This document shows positions 42,267 through 54,180 of a stretch of DNA of 64,000 bases, piece after piece. Below the pieces are notes generated by a model that was not told the origin of the DNA, ran no database searches, and was given only the letters and a program-made list of their open reading frames with translations. A program made the position numbers and the translations under genes. Source of the stretch: an uncultured virus (IMG/VR IMGVR_UViG_3300035395_000183) (Duplodnaviria > Heunggongvirae > Uroviricota > Caudoviricetes); the IMG/VR virus record IMGVR_UViG_3300035395_000183, one strand, 5' to 3'. The first letter of the stretch is position 1, and every line of letters begins with the position of its first letter.

Positions 42267-45038
42267 TTAGTCTTTATCAACTTCACTGTTAGAACCCATA
42301 CTATCTACTTCACCATGTAAATCAAAACTATAAGCGTTTACTCCACCTGTACCTGTTTGTGAATATAAATATACTTGAGCTTGAAGTATTGCACTTACTC
42401 CATTACCAGTAGCAGGTATTCCAATCGTACTATAATTAAGTTGTAAAGTACCATCAGTTGTACCTGTGGTATTATTCATCTTACACCAATTCCATGCACT
42501 AGGAGCACTACCTATATTCTTCCATCTATATTTAACTATAAATGTGGGGGTGCCATTAGTAGTTGTATGTTTATAATGAACATGAGGATAAAGAGTTGCT
42601 CCAAGTTTAAACTCGTGGTTAATTTGAATAGCAGGAAAATATTGTTTACAAATAGTAGGAGCAGTAGTATCAACTGTAAATGTATAGTAACCACTATCAA
42701 CTACATAAGTAGGATATGAACTACCACCACTTAAACCTGTACTAAAAGCACCTTCAATATCCTTCCAAACTGTTGTATTACCTGTAAGTCTTATAGCACT
42801 AACTGTATCTAATGAAAGTTTGGCTATTGTTCCGGTTTTTATTGTACCTATAACGTCAAGTTTAGTAGTTGGGTTTCCATTGTTTATGCCAACATTACCA
42901 GTATTTGTTATTTGCATGGCTGCTACTGGAACTCCTGTTGCATAAGACATTAAACCATAACCATATCCTAAAGATGATAAATTGGTTATTGTATCTCCCG
43001 AATAAGTAAAATTAGTAGTAATAGGCATTATATATGCAGCATTACCTAATATACCCTTAACCTTACTTCTATTCAAATTAATCGTAGTAAGTGATGGTGG
43101 ATGAAGTACCATTTGTTGTATAAACCAAGGTTCAAATGGAGTAATTCTACCAGTGGCAAAAACATCGGCTCTTGCATATTGCGCAGGTGTTAATGTACCA
43201 CTAATAGCAAGTTTAGCGTATAAAGCATCTACTGCACTATAAGCCCCATTTCCATTTACATCACCATTACCGCCTTTTATGTAATAATCACCATCAACAT
43301 ACAGGCTTGTAAGTGTTGTATCAGGTGTACCAATACTAATTCTTGCATTTGGGTCTGCTGCTTTAATCATATCGCCAACCTGTATCCAAAGTACAGGTGG
43401 TGTTGTAACCCGTTTTACTATACCAGTTATAGTATCTTGTAATAACATTTTATCAGGTGATATATTTGAAATTGTACCCGTTTGTACTTTTTTAAGTATT
43501 AACTTATTAGTTATTACTTCTTGTGATTTAACAGATGTAAGAGTATCATTAATAGTAGGATTATTAGTATAAGAATTAAAACAATCTGTAATATAAACAC
43601 TATCTTTTTGTGTAGATGTACCACTTATAGTAAGATAATAGTTACTAGAATTTACTTTCGATATATAATTTTTACCTAGTAGTGTCCCAGTTAGAATAAT
43701 ATCTGATGTAACAATAGGAGCATATATCATACCTCCATATATGTTAACGCCTTTGCATCCATCCAATTCTACATTGGCATCGTTAGCAATAATATGATTA
43801 TTAGCTACAGTCATGCCATAAGGAGTTGCTAATATTTTTACACCTATAACCTTATTATGATTTATTTCATTGTCTGATATAATACCATGCGCACTATTAT
43901 AACCATTACCGATATATATACCACCTGTTTGATTCATTGTTATAATATTTTTAGATACTATACAATTACCTCCCATTATATATACTGCAAATGAATTATT
44001 AGAGTATATATGATTATTTGAAATTATATTATAATGAGCAGCATAAGCAGCAGAAGGACTATCAAAGTATATACCAAAATTATTAGTATAAATATTACAA
44101 TTACTAATTATACCACCTTTATCATAAGGATAGCTGCCTGATTGAGCATTAGAAAAAATAGCGCATCCTTTAAAATTGGTAATGTTTAATCCTGAAATAT
44201 TCCAATTTTGACAATTACCTGTAATGTAAATACCTTTTTCATCAGTATATACACCACCTGATGCAGCACCAGCACCTGTTAATATACCATTACCTGTAAT
44301 CTCCCAATTATTAATACCATTAACAGTAAATATACTAATAGTATTAGTAGATGAAGTTATATTAGCACCTTGAAGGATAATAGTTTGTGATGCCTTTAAC
44401 GATAGAGTAGAAGAAATAGTATAATTACCACTACCTATTATAATACAATCACCAGCCAATGAAGAATTGAAAGCATTAAGTAATGCAGTACCTCTAGCAG
44501 AATTACTATTAGTTGCTTCTCTAAAACTATATTGTTTCTTACCTCTTTGTATAATAACATTACCGACATCATTTATACCAGTAGCAGATATAGTATCTAA
44601 TTGTAAATTCCATATTGCTGAATTATCAGTAATAGTAGTAATTACACCGTTAACTAATTTAGCAATACCACTAAGAGTTGTTTTTAAAGTATCTTGTGTA
44701 CTCCAAGGTCTACTATTATAAAAAGTTGTACCATTTAGACCTAATCCAAAACCAGCACTGTATGTATTAATACCAGAACTACCTGAAAAATATCCAACTG
44801 TATCACACCAACCATTTCTTAAAGCATAACCAACTGTTTTCATAGCAGTAACACTATGATTAAGTTTAAATATATAAGTAGGATAAGTCTTTACATCAAT
44901 AAAGTCGCCTGCTTGTTTATTAGTTCCAAAATACTTACTAGTATCAGTTACTTGTAGTATTTGTTTATTTACTTGTGCTTGTGTTATGATTGAAATCACC
45001 ACAAACAATATAATCAATAATTTTTTCATGTTTTTCAT
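42267..45038 (-). CDS. Right-handed beta-helix (pectate-lyase-like) protein with signal-peptide-like N-terminus and dockerin-like motif (923 aa)
   Basis: MKKLLIILFVVISIITQA|Q. Beta-helix repeats (NIISNNHIYSN, IISDNEINHN). GDVNGNGAYSAVDAL...ADV motif. No TGA. Confidence 0.7.
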   Translation of the reverse strand: MKNMKKLLIILFVVISIITQAQVNKQILQVTDTSKYFGTNKQAGDFIDVKTYPTYIFKLNHSVTAMKTVGYALRNGWCDTVGYFSGSSGINTYSAGFGLGLNGTTFYNSRPWSTQDTLKTTLSGIAKLVNGVITTITDNSAIWNLQLDTISATGINDVGNVIIQRGKKQYSFREATNSNSARGTALLNAFNSSLAGDCIIIGSGNYTISSTLSLKASQTIILQGANITSSTNTISIFTVNGINNWEITGNGILTGAGAASGGVYTDEKGIYITGNCQNWNISGLNITNFKGCAIFSNAQSGSYPYDKGGIISNCNIYTNNFGIYFDSPSAAYAAHYNIISNNHIYSNNSFAVYIMGGNCIVSKNIITMNQTGGIYIGNGYNSAHGIISDNEINHNKVIGVKILATPYGMTVANNHIIANDANVELDGCKGVNIYGGMIYAPIVTSDIILTGTLLGKNYISKVNSSNYYLTISGTSTQKDSVYITDCFNSYTNNPTINDTLTSVKSQEVITNKLILKKVQTGTISNISPDKMLLQDTITGIVKRVTTPPVLWIQVGDMIKAADPNARISIGTPDTTLTSLYVDGDYYIKGGNGDVNGNGAYSAVDALYAKLAISGTLTPAQYARADVFATGRITPFEPWFIQQMVLHPPSLTTINLNRSKVKGILGNAAYIMPITTNFTYSGDTITNLSSLGYGYGLMSYATGVPVAAMQITNTGNVGINNGNPTTKLDVIGTIKTGTIAKLSLDTVSAIRLTGNTTVWKDIEGAFSTGLSGGSSYPTYVVDSGYYTFTVDTTAPTICKQYFPAIQINHEFKLGATLYPHVHYKHTTTNGTPTFIVKYRWKNIGSAPSAWNWCKMNNTTGTTDGTLQLNYSTIGIPATGNGVSAILQAQVYLYSQTGTGGVNAYSFDLHGEVDSMGSNSEVDKD

Positions 45039-45042
45039 TTTG

Positions 45043-47064
45043 TTAAGTTGTTACGTTAAGTACTTTAATTATTTCACCACCATCAGGTCCAAACCCTAAT
45101 GTTATATCTTGACCACTAACAGTTACATCTTGTAATACATTATTTACATATACTAAACAATCTTCATGTGGTATAAAGCTAGTAATTGTATATGTTGCTT
45201 GATCTGTTATTGCTGTAAACTTTTGTAGTTTAGGAGCACCACTTCCCCTAATAGTAACTGTTTTTGCAGTATTATAATCAATTGTTATTCCATCTTCTCC
45301 TTTGAAAAACATCGCTTCATTGTTTCTAACTGTGAACCCACCAGTATTTTCACAAAATCTAAAATGCACTAAACTTCTAAATTGTGTATCTTCTCCACCA
45401 TACGAATTTCTCCAGCAAGTATAATAAGTTTCACCTTCGGATGATACAAATAATTCATTTGCACGTTCATTATTAGGAGTAGTTTTAATAGTTACTATGC
45501 TAGGGTCTGCTATATTATGACGAGCAATACTTGTTTTACCTGCATATATATAATCACCAACACGTTTACAAAAGAAACCAGTTACAGAAGGATAATTAAT
45601 ATATGTCATAGTTTCTGTATTCACAACAGACAATAGCAAGCTACCTTCACTTATTAAATACGCTTTACCTCCTAAATCATTTGTATAAATAAATTCAAAA
45701 TCATCAGATGGTGTTTTTAGTTCAGGTATATCTAAAACAGAATAAGATAAATCTGCACAATTTAATTTAATAAATTTTGTATCATCACTAGGATATGCAG
45801 TTCCTACTTTTTTACGAGCAGTTACATATAATTCATTTCTATCAGAATATTTTTGAAGCATAGAAGCATGAATAAATCCAATATTAGGTATAGTAACTCT
45901 ACTAACTTCTGTACTACTTGCTATATTTATTTTAATAATTTTACAATTTGCATCCAAATAAGTACCAATATAATAATGTTCTCCATCAGTACTTATTGTA
46001 GGACTAACCCCAACCATAGTAAAAGGGTCACTATAAGCTACATTATAATCTGAAATATCATCAGGGTTTATAGATATTATTTTTAATGCTTGTACACTAC
46101 CATTAGTTACTGTATAAGATGCATTATAATACATAGTTGCATATATAATATTATTCACATCATCATAACACATACTATCAATCAAGTTATCCAGTCCTAT
46201 ACCAGTTGGACTAAATTCTGTAAATGGAATAACAACTTTTGTATAATTAGTTAAATCTTTAGGGTCATTAAATACTGTAAGAGATGTGGGATATTGTCTT
46301 TCTCCTATATAAAACTTATCTCCTATTTGACAAGTACCATGTGCAGCATAAAAAGCATAAGAATCAGCGTGTGCGACAGTTACTATTTCTGTTGATGTTT
46401 CAGATGCTTCTTTGAAATCACCGATTATAAGTTTTTGAAAATCAGAAGGTATCCATTTACTTTTATCACTATTAAGTATATATAATGTACCATCATAAAC
46501 AAACTTTTGACCAGCAGTAAATCTTGTAGGATAATTAATTACCCTACGTTGCATAATTTGGGCAGATGTTTCTACTTCTTGTAATTTCCATTCAAGACCT
46601 AATACTGTACCCGAAGTATTTATTTTAGTTGCTATAGAATAATAAGGGTTAGTATTAGTGCCTGGACTATGGTCAAGAGCAGAAGTCATTTCATGTTGTC
46701 TATTGTGATAACCTGCTTCTAAATACAAAGTGGTTACACCTGTAACTTCATCTTCACTAACTATAGCTAAAATATTAGTAGTATCAATTTGTAACTTTTT
46801 AAATTTAGTTATATTACTACTGTCTTCTCCAGATTGAATAGTCCAATAATCAGATACTCCATTAGCTAACCATTCATCTTTTGTTTCATTAAGAATATAA
46901 ATAATACCTTCTCTATCTTTACAAGTAGCAATTTGACCTGAATATCTAGCATTATTAGAAAGATAAGCATTCATCGCGTCATATGTTTCAAAAGATGAAG
47001 AATTATCTAGACTATCAGCAAACTGTCTTTGAAATTGTTTATAAAATTCTATATATTCTGCCAT
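45043..47064 (-). CDS. Fibre/receptor-binding protein with probable beta-propeller (673 aa)
   Basis: Intact ORF. N-terminus is homologous to that of 47068-49152. Beta-rich central region. Confidence 0.6.
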   Translation of the reverse strand: MAEYIEFYKQFQRQFADSLDNSSSFETYDAMNAYLSNNARYSGQIATCKDREGIIYILNETKDEWLANGVSDYWTIQSGEDSSNITKFKKLQIDTTNILAIVSEDEVTGVTTLYLEAGYHNRQHEMTSALDHSPGTNTNPYYSIATKINTSGTVLGLEWKLQEVETSAQIMQRRVINYPTRFTAGQKFVYDGTLYILNSDKSKWIPSDFQKLIIGDFKEASETSTEIVTVAHADSYAFYAAHGTCQIGDKFYIGERQYPTSLTVFNDPKDLTNYTKVVIPFTEFSPTGIGLDNLIDSMCYDDVNNIIYATMYYNASYTVTNGSVQALKIISINPDDISDYNVAYSDPFTMVGVSPTISTDGEHYYIGTYLDANCKIIKINIASSTEVSRVTIPNIGFIHASMLQKYSDRNELYVTARKKVGTAYPSDDTKFIKLNCADLSYSVLDIPELKTPSDDFEFIYTNDLGGKAYLISEGSLLLSVVNTETMTYINYPSVTGFFCKRVGDYIYAGKTSIARHNIADPSIVTIKTTPNNERANELFVSSEGETYYTCWRNSYGGEDTQFRSLVHFRFCENTGGFTVRNNEAMFFKGEDGITIDYNTAKTVTIRGSGAPKLQKFTAITDQATYTITSFIPHEDCLVYVNNVLQDVTVSGQDITLGFGPDGGEIIKVLNVTT

Positions 47065-47067
47065 AGA

Positions 47068-49152
47068 TTAAATAGTTACAATAAAGGTAACTGCTTGTGA
47101 AAAAGGATTGATTGGAGAATATGTATAAACTCTATAATTAGTACTAATAAAACCATTAATTCCTTCAACAGCTACTACTGTTTCAGTAAATAAATCAGTA
47201 ATTGGAGTATTCATACCTTCAACATAAATAACTGAAGTTACTGCACGAAGATTACTTGGATAGGCAAATATTGCATTTAAACTTCCTATACCGATAGTAA
47301 TTGTAAATGTGCTTCCATTAGCCAATCCAAGAGAACTTCCTGATAATGCTCTAATAATAGCACTTGTTGTTGGCATTACTGAATTTGAGCCATAAAAAGT
47401 TTTACGTTTTCCTTGAATTGAAGTTGTTACAGTTACTGTTGCAGCTGGATAAGGCACATCATAATTTACACCTTCACTATTTAAAGGTTGAGGACCAATT
47501 GCGTGTTGAATACTTCCTGTAAACAAATTAGTTCCATCTATAATCTGAGTATTTTCAACTGTACCTGTATTTACTATACCTGTATCTACACTATTAATAA
47601 TATATTTAATTATAGAACCTGCTCTATAATCTACAAAATAATTTTCAGTTCATATACCTCCAACTATTTGAGAAAGTCTTATAGCACCTTTATTAAAATT
47701 AGCAGTTAATATTACATTAATAATACTTCCACTCTCAAAAGAAGAAGCTTGATTATGAGTAAGACTAAATGTTGGAACAATAAAAGTAGGATTATAAGTA
47801 GTTAATAGAAGTTTTTCTACAAATCCCTGAAAGGATAATCCTATAGGAAGAGTATCAGCAATTTCAATATTACCAGCTGCTACTTCAGCTATTACTTCAC
47901 TGATTAATTCCGCTGCTGGTGAATCAATAAATTCAATAACTCCAGTAACTGGATTAGCTGCAACAATTTTTCCATAATCTTCAACACGTGCAGGAGTATG
48001 GTCTTGTGAACTAGTTATATAATGTTGTCTAGGATGCACTGCAGTATCTACATATCTCTTAGTTGCTATGTCTAAATCAAGAACTGGAGTATAATCTTCT
48101 GGTATTGATTCTATTTTTACAACTGTAGATGGACTAAATAAATTAGTAAGAATATCACCATTGTAATAAATTGTAAAAGTATTCGTGCCAGATGCATATT
48201 CAGTTGAAGTAATTAATCTATAATGTGTTAGTCCATTTGCATCTATAATCTGTATACTATCTCCGTTTAAAAAAATTAAACTTTGATCACCTAAAATTCC
48301 AAATAAATTTTCATGAGTATCAAATGTTGTTATGTTAAAACTTGCTGAAAGAGGGGTTGCTGTACCATAATCCATCGGAATGGAACCATCTGATCTAAGA
48401 TTTCCAAAATTTGTTGGATCCAGTTGTTCAATAAATTCAATATTTCCTGTTGTTGGGTTTGCTGCAACAATTTTTCCATAGTCTGCAATTGCTGCAGGTG
48501 AATGACTTAGTACATCATCAATTGCATGAAGTTTTTCATGTGTATTTTCATCCACATACCTCTTCGTTGAAATATCTTGATCATTTAATGGAATATAATA
48601 AGAAGGAAGTGTATCAACCGTGGCTATGTATCCAGGATATAGCAATCAATTTATTGCAGCACCTGAATAATTTATTTTTGTTTTAGTTACTGTATAAACA
48701 GATGAACTCTCTACTGTCCTAAAATATTCAATACCAGTTTGGTCAGTTAATTTAATTAATTGTCCTGGAGTAAATATATCAGTATGTAGTCCGTCAATAA
48801 TAATATTAGGATTAGGTTCAACTAGATTACTGATCACGTAATTAAATCTTGCAGATAATTCAGTAGGAATATGTGTATCCATTGGAATAGAACCATCAGA
48901 TTTAAGGTTGCCAAAATCTGCAGGATCTATTGGTACTCCAGTTACATTAATCCATGCAGTTCTTGCATTATTAAGTACAAATATTTGCCCATCAAATTGT
49001 TCACAGGTAACTATTTGACCTGCGTATCTAATATCATTTGATAAAAAAGCTTCCATTTCAGCTAAATTTAAAAATGTTGTATTAGCTTCTAAAGGGCCTC
49101 GAAAGTTTCTTTTAAATTGTTTATAAAATTCTATGTAAGGAGGATTGTCCAT
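47068..49152 (-). CDS. Fibre protein with internal duplications (~694 aa)
   Basis: ORFs 48646, 47650 and 47068 joined by TGA. Duplicated FGNLxSDGSIPMD and TKRYVD...DYGKIVAANP. Confidence 0.72.
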
Positions 49153-49153
49153 T

Positions 49154-50401
49154 TTATATCGTTATTAAAAATGTTTGAAATTGTGTTATTGGGTTAACTG
49201 GTTGGAAATTATAAAGATAATATTGAGCGGGTTCATAGTCATTAGCTCCTGCGACATATACCATAGTTACTTGAAATATATCTATTATTTCGGTATTCAT
49301 TGCCTCTACATAAATTATAGAAGATATAAGACCTATACTTGTTGGAATAGCAATATTAATATTAGTTGCACCTATTGGAACATTAATAGTTAAAACTGTT
49401 CCTTGATTTGGATTTAAATAAGACAAAGGTAAATTTCTAATAGTAGTATTAGTAGGTGTTAAACTAGAAACACCGTAAAATGCTTTTCTTTTACCTTGAA
49501 TCGTAAGTGTTGGAGCAACAATTGCTGCAGGTTCACGTGTAGAATAATGATTTCCAGCACTATCTAATGGTTGTGGACCTGTTGCATATGTAATTGTTGA
49601 CGTATAAGTATTACTACCATCAACTATTTGATTGGCATAAATTGTATGCGTAGTATTTGTATTTTTATCTATTTCATCTATAATAATATTTGTAACTTCC
49701 CCACTTCTATAATTTTGAAATAAGGAAGGATTTCAGATTCCATTATTAAGATTTCCATTAATACTTCCTCTATTAAAATTCACAGTTAATAATAAGTCTG
49801 AAGTAGTTCCAGATTCTACTATATTTGCACTATTAGAAGTTAAAGAATATGTTAATGGAGTAAATGTTGGATAAAAAGTAGTAAGAACTAATTGTTTAAT
49901 AAAATCATCTAATGTACTACCTCTAGGAATTACTTCTTGTGCTGAAATTGCCCCAACTGGAAGCATAGATGTAATATCTTCTGCAGTAGATATTCCTCCT
50001 TCTACAGTTATATTTGTAATAATTGTTCATAAATCTGATATTTCTTGCGTATGATTTTCTATTTGATCATAAAGAAAAATTAAAGATTTAATCAACATTT
50101 TAATTAAAAATGCATAATCTTCTTTTTGATAATGTTTTGGGTCAGCATCAAATCGGATTAATACCTCACATAAATAGAGAAATAATTCATCTTTTGTAGT
50201 GATAAGTACTTCATCTCCCATTTCTTCAAAACAGGTTCCTTTAATATAAAAAGGCGGAGGAAGAGTCTCAATTGTATCTAAATTATAAGTTTCTAATAAA
50301 TCATTATTACTTGGAGAAGAAGTACTTAAACTTCTTACTGTTCAAAGTCCATTATTTGTTGGGACTTCTGTTTGATATAATCTTAATAATTCATTATTCA
50401 T
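49154..50401 (-). CDS. Fibre/fibre-anchor protein (~415 aa)
   Basis: ATG 50401 through ORFs 50027, 49733 and 49154 in frame via TGA. C-terminal half is paralogous to that of 47068-49152. Confidence 0.7.
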
Positions 50402-50742
50402 TATGGTAAAGTTTCATGTGTTCTAACGTTTAAATTATCATATACTCTTTGTCATGTTCAGATAGTTTGTGGACTACTTACATTAGAATAATAAGTTCCT
50501 GGTATAATAGAAGGAAGAACTAAATCTGAGTTTCTCATTATGATACAATCCATAAACTTTTTTAATTTATTTTTGTATGTTTCTGCAATTTCAAATCAAT
50601 CTGCCCAATTATAAACATTACTTATTATTCCTAGCGTATGTATATCTCTAAGAGTTTTCTTATTATCACTACCTAAATATTGAAGTGCATACAAATAATT
50701 AATTGTTGAATCTATTACACTATTTGTATATTTTTCGTCCAT
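50401..50742 (-). CDS. Hypothetical structural protein (113 aa)
   Basis: Code-4 ORF with three TGA, and TAATG overlaps at both ends. Confidence 0.7.
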
Positions 50743-51293
50743 TAGTTACTACAATTACAAGGTTTATTAATTATATTACTTTGTCTTACTGTCGGTCCAC
50801 AACTTACAAATAGATTTCAGATAATACTATAAAAATATTTAGCATCATTATATCTTTCTAATCTCATTGCTTCTTGGTGTGCATATAAAATCATATAATT
50901 TCTATCTAAGTTATCATATTGAGTATCAGAAATACAACAATTTGTAAAACTCATAATTAAGTCTAATAGATTAGCATATACAAAATTAATGTTTGAACAT
51001 ACTCCTGTAGCATTTTCAATCGGCGGATCTTCTCCGTTAATTGGTGCGACTCCAAATTCTACTTCATACATTGTAACATCAGGATCGATTGCAGAAGTAG
51101 CAATTCTCATAATTTCTTTAGTGGTAGTTCCTTGTAAAAGTCCGCTTAAATCTAAGGAAGCATCAACTGTTCCTGTAACAGGTTCATATCTAATAACATT
51201 TAATGTATTAAACCTGTAACCTGTTGGACATTCTACACTAAATTCCAAATATTGACTATCTGGAGATACTCTTAATAAGTTTATTTGTATCAT
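50742..51293 (-). CDS. Structural protein downstream of portal (183 aa), Cys-rich C-terminus
   Basis: Track ORF 50817 extended past TGA to ...KPCNCSN-TAA. TAATG overlaps at both ends. Confidence 0.7.
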
Positions 51294-53512
51294 TAATTAT
51301 TTTTTATTTCGTCGTTATTATGATTATCATCTAAAAGTTGTGCAGCTTCTAACTGTACCCTTTTCTTTTCTCATTCTATTTTAGCTTCATCAAACATAAC
51401 CTTATTTTTAGCTGTGTACCAACCAAGTTCTTTGTCAAATGCTAATCTTCCAGCCTCAATTTGTATTTTTTCAGAGTTTAATCTCTCAACTTCTTTCTGT
51501 AATTTCTGAGCTTCTGATTGAGCTTGTTTTAATTGTTTATCAAGCTCTTGTAATTGTTGATTTAATTGTCCAACTTGATTATTTTCTGCTCTTTTCTTAG
51601 TCATTGCAATCCCAACATCAGCTTTCATTTTTGTGAGACCAGTTGCTGTAATAGCTTCTAATATAACTTCAGGATCAACAATTCCACCTTTAATAAATTC
51701 CATTGTAATTTGTTTAATGGTTTCTTGTTCTTTAATTATATCTGCACTATCTGTAATATGAATATCATAATCAGTTGCAGTATAATGTTCAGGGAGAGCG
51801 GTAAATACTTTATTTAATCTTTCTCCAAGAATCAATGTTCCTGTAATACCTTTTTTATATATGGTTTTAGTAAGATTAAGAATATCTAATAACATTTCTC
51901 TTGTCATTAAATCAAGGGTTTGATAAAATTGTTTAGTAATATAAGATGATTGCCTAACTCCAACTTGTACATTACTTACTGCATCTCTTTGTTCTATGCC
52001 TCCAAGCTTTTCTCTGAATACACCAGTTATTGTTGAACAAGCTTCTTCTACTCTTTGAATAGCTAAATCAATTGCTTGAATAGTCTGCAATTTAATAGTA
52101 TCATCAAAACCTCCAAATGTTGTATTCATTGGTGATAAACCTTCTTGTGAAGAATCAATGATAGCTAATCCTTGTTTTTTATAGGCTTTTCATTTCATTA
52201 ATCTTTCTGTTAAATCGGAACCTAATACTTTAGGAAGATACGCTATATCAATTCAATCTCCAACTGTACCTGATTCAGAGATTACATTATCTCTATAGAA
52301 ACAAAGCATATCATATTTATCCTGTAAATTTGCAGTTGCAAGCATTAAAGAATAAGGATCTCCATTTCTATCGCCATAGAATATACCATTAACTGATAAT
52401 GTACATTCATTTGGAGAATCATGATTTCGAGGAACATCTTCTACTTTACCTGTTGGTATATAAATATGTGTTCCAATTCTTATTCCTGAGTATCTGTTTG
52501 TAACAAATGTGCCATCTTCCTTTTCTGTTTTAAGTCACTCAACTTCATAAACAGGATATACTCTAAAATATTTTGAAGTATTTCTTTCAAATGGAAGAAG
52601 TGGTGTTACTTCAAATCCTCCAAGAATACCATCTGACATTGTATTACCTGTTACTGTATCATAACTTCTAAGATATGTTGTAGTTGAACTATCAATACTA
52701 AAATCTTCTAAACTTTCTAATTCGTCTAAATCATCTTTAGTTAAAACTTCACCATATCTAGCAAGAATTTGATCTTTAGTTAAATATTCTCTACATACAC
52801 TTCGCATAGATTTATTTAAATAAACACTTTCAGGATTTCGATCAATAAAAGTATTTACAGGATTAAGAATTTTTAAAGATATATTCTCTTTTGATTGAGA
52901 AGGTAATACTTTATAATAACATGTACCGGTTGCTAATAAATCAATTGCAAGAGTTTTTCTTTGATTTAAAAAATCAATATGTCTAGCTTGTGTTGCATAA
53001 TCTACAATATTTTGTGCTGCTATTTCATAATCTGAAATAAAATTTCTTTCAATTGATTCTTGTAGATTTTGTAATGATAACTCGATTTCTTTATCTTGTA
53101 AAGGTTTTTGAGGTTCTTGTCCTTCTGTTTTATAAATTGCATTATAAATAGAATTATTTAAATGCTTTTTTAACTCAGTAGCTATTTCATTATTTATTTG
53201 GAGTTGTTTATCTCTATGTATATTAGATAAAGTTGATTTATCCTTGCAAGATATTTTCGGAAGTAATGGAATTGATAAGTATTCTCCAATTAATACATCA
53301 ACGTGCTTACGAACCAAAGGTACAAATTCAACAGAAGTAGGAGTTCCAATTCCATAGTTTTCTTCTAAATGCCTAAATTGCTCTGGATCTCTTTTTCCAT
53401 GATAATAATTATAGGCTTTAATGAGTTGGGTCTTTTCATACACCAACTCATTAATAGCTCTATTTATATTATTAATTATATCTTGTTCTTTTTCACTATT
53501 TCTTTGATTCAT
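51293..53512 (-). CDS. Portal protein (~739 aa)
   Basis: ORFs 52535 and 51371 in frame via TGA. Motifs KAYNYYHG, PLVRKHVDVLIGE, ITGVFREKLGGIEQRDAVSNV. Confidence 0.88.
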
Positions 53513-53555
53513 TTAAAATTCTTAAAATGTTAATTAATTATCATAATATAGATGA

Positions 53556-54179
53556 TTAAGCATTTCTAACAAAAGTTCAACTTATTGCACCATTTCCTGT
53601 AAGCGATGGTTGAATCCAAGTATGTGTAACGGTTTTTACCTTTCAAATCTTACCACTATCCAACACTTCGTAATTCAACACATACTGCCCCCAATTAGCA
53701 CTAACCCATTGTGGAGGGTTTGCAGGTGGTGTAACAACTACTTCCCAAAGAACACCAACTGTTAATGAAGGGTTCCAAGTTAATTGTGTTTGATGTGGTT
53801 GTATAACATTGTATTTAACACCGTTATAAATACGCTTAGCTCCTATTGCAACTGCTTCCCCTTCTATCCATTGAAGATTTCCTGTATCTTCACGGTAAAA
53901 TGAAAACAATGCAGGTGTTTGCTCAGGTGGGTAAATAGTACGGTTATGTGGTTGAATACAGCAAACTGTTTTATTGTTATAATTGTACATTTTCTTTTCA
54001 ATCCAACCACTATTAGGAAGTGCTGGAAAATATGCAGGCGGAACAGTGTTAAGGGTTGTATGCTTTTCAATCTGTTGCATTGTTTCAACCCTTGCTGTAA
54101 GAAGTTCATCTATTATTATTGCATTGGTACTGTTTTCACGTACTATACAAAATTCATTATTATAAGTTATATCGCTCAT
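53556..54179 (-). CDS. Tandem carbohydrate-binding (CBM5/12-like) protein (207 aa)
   Basis: Trp-rich repeats: WIEGEAVAIG...YNGVKYNVIQPHQTQLTWNP...LW and WVSANWGQY...GKIWKV...TWIQP...SW. Confidence 0.7.
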
Positions 54180-54180
54180 A

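Noticed and set aside
17660..54109. Short alternate-frame minus ORFs (17660, 27499, 27802, 53864)
   Set aside because: They are nested out of frame inside longer code-4 genes.
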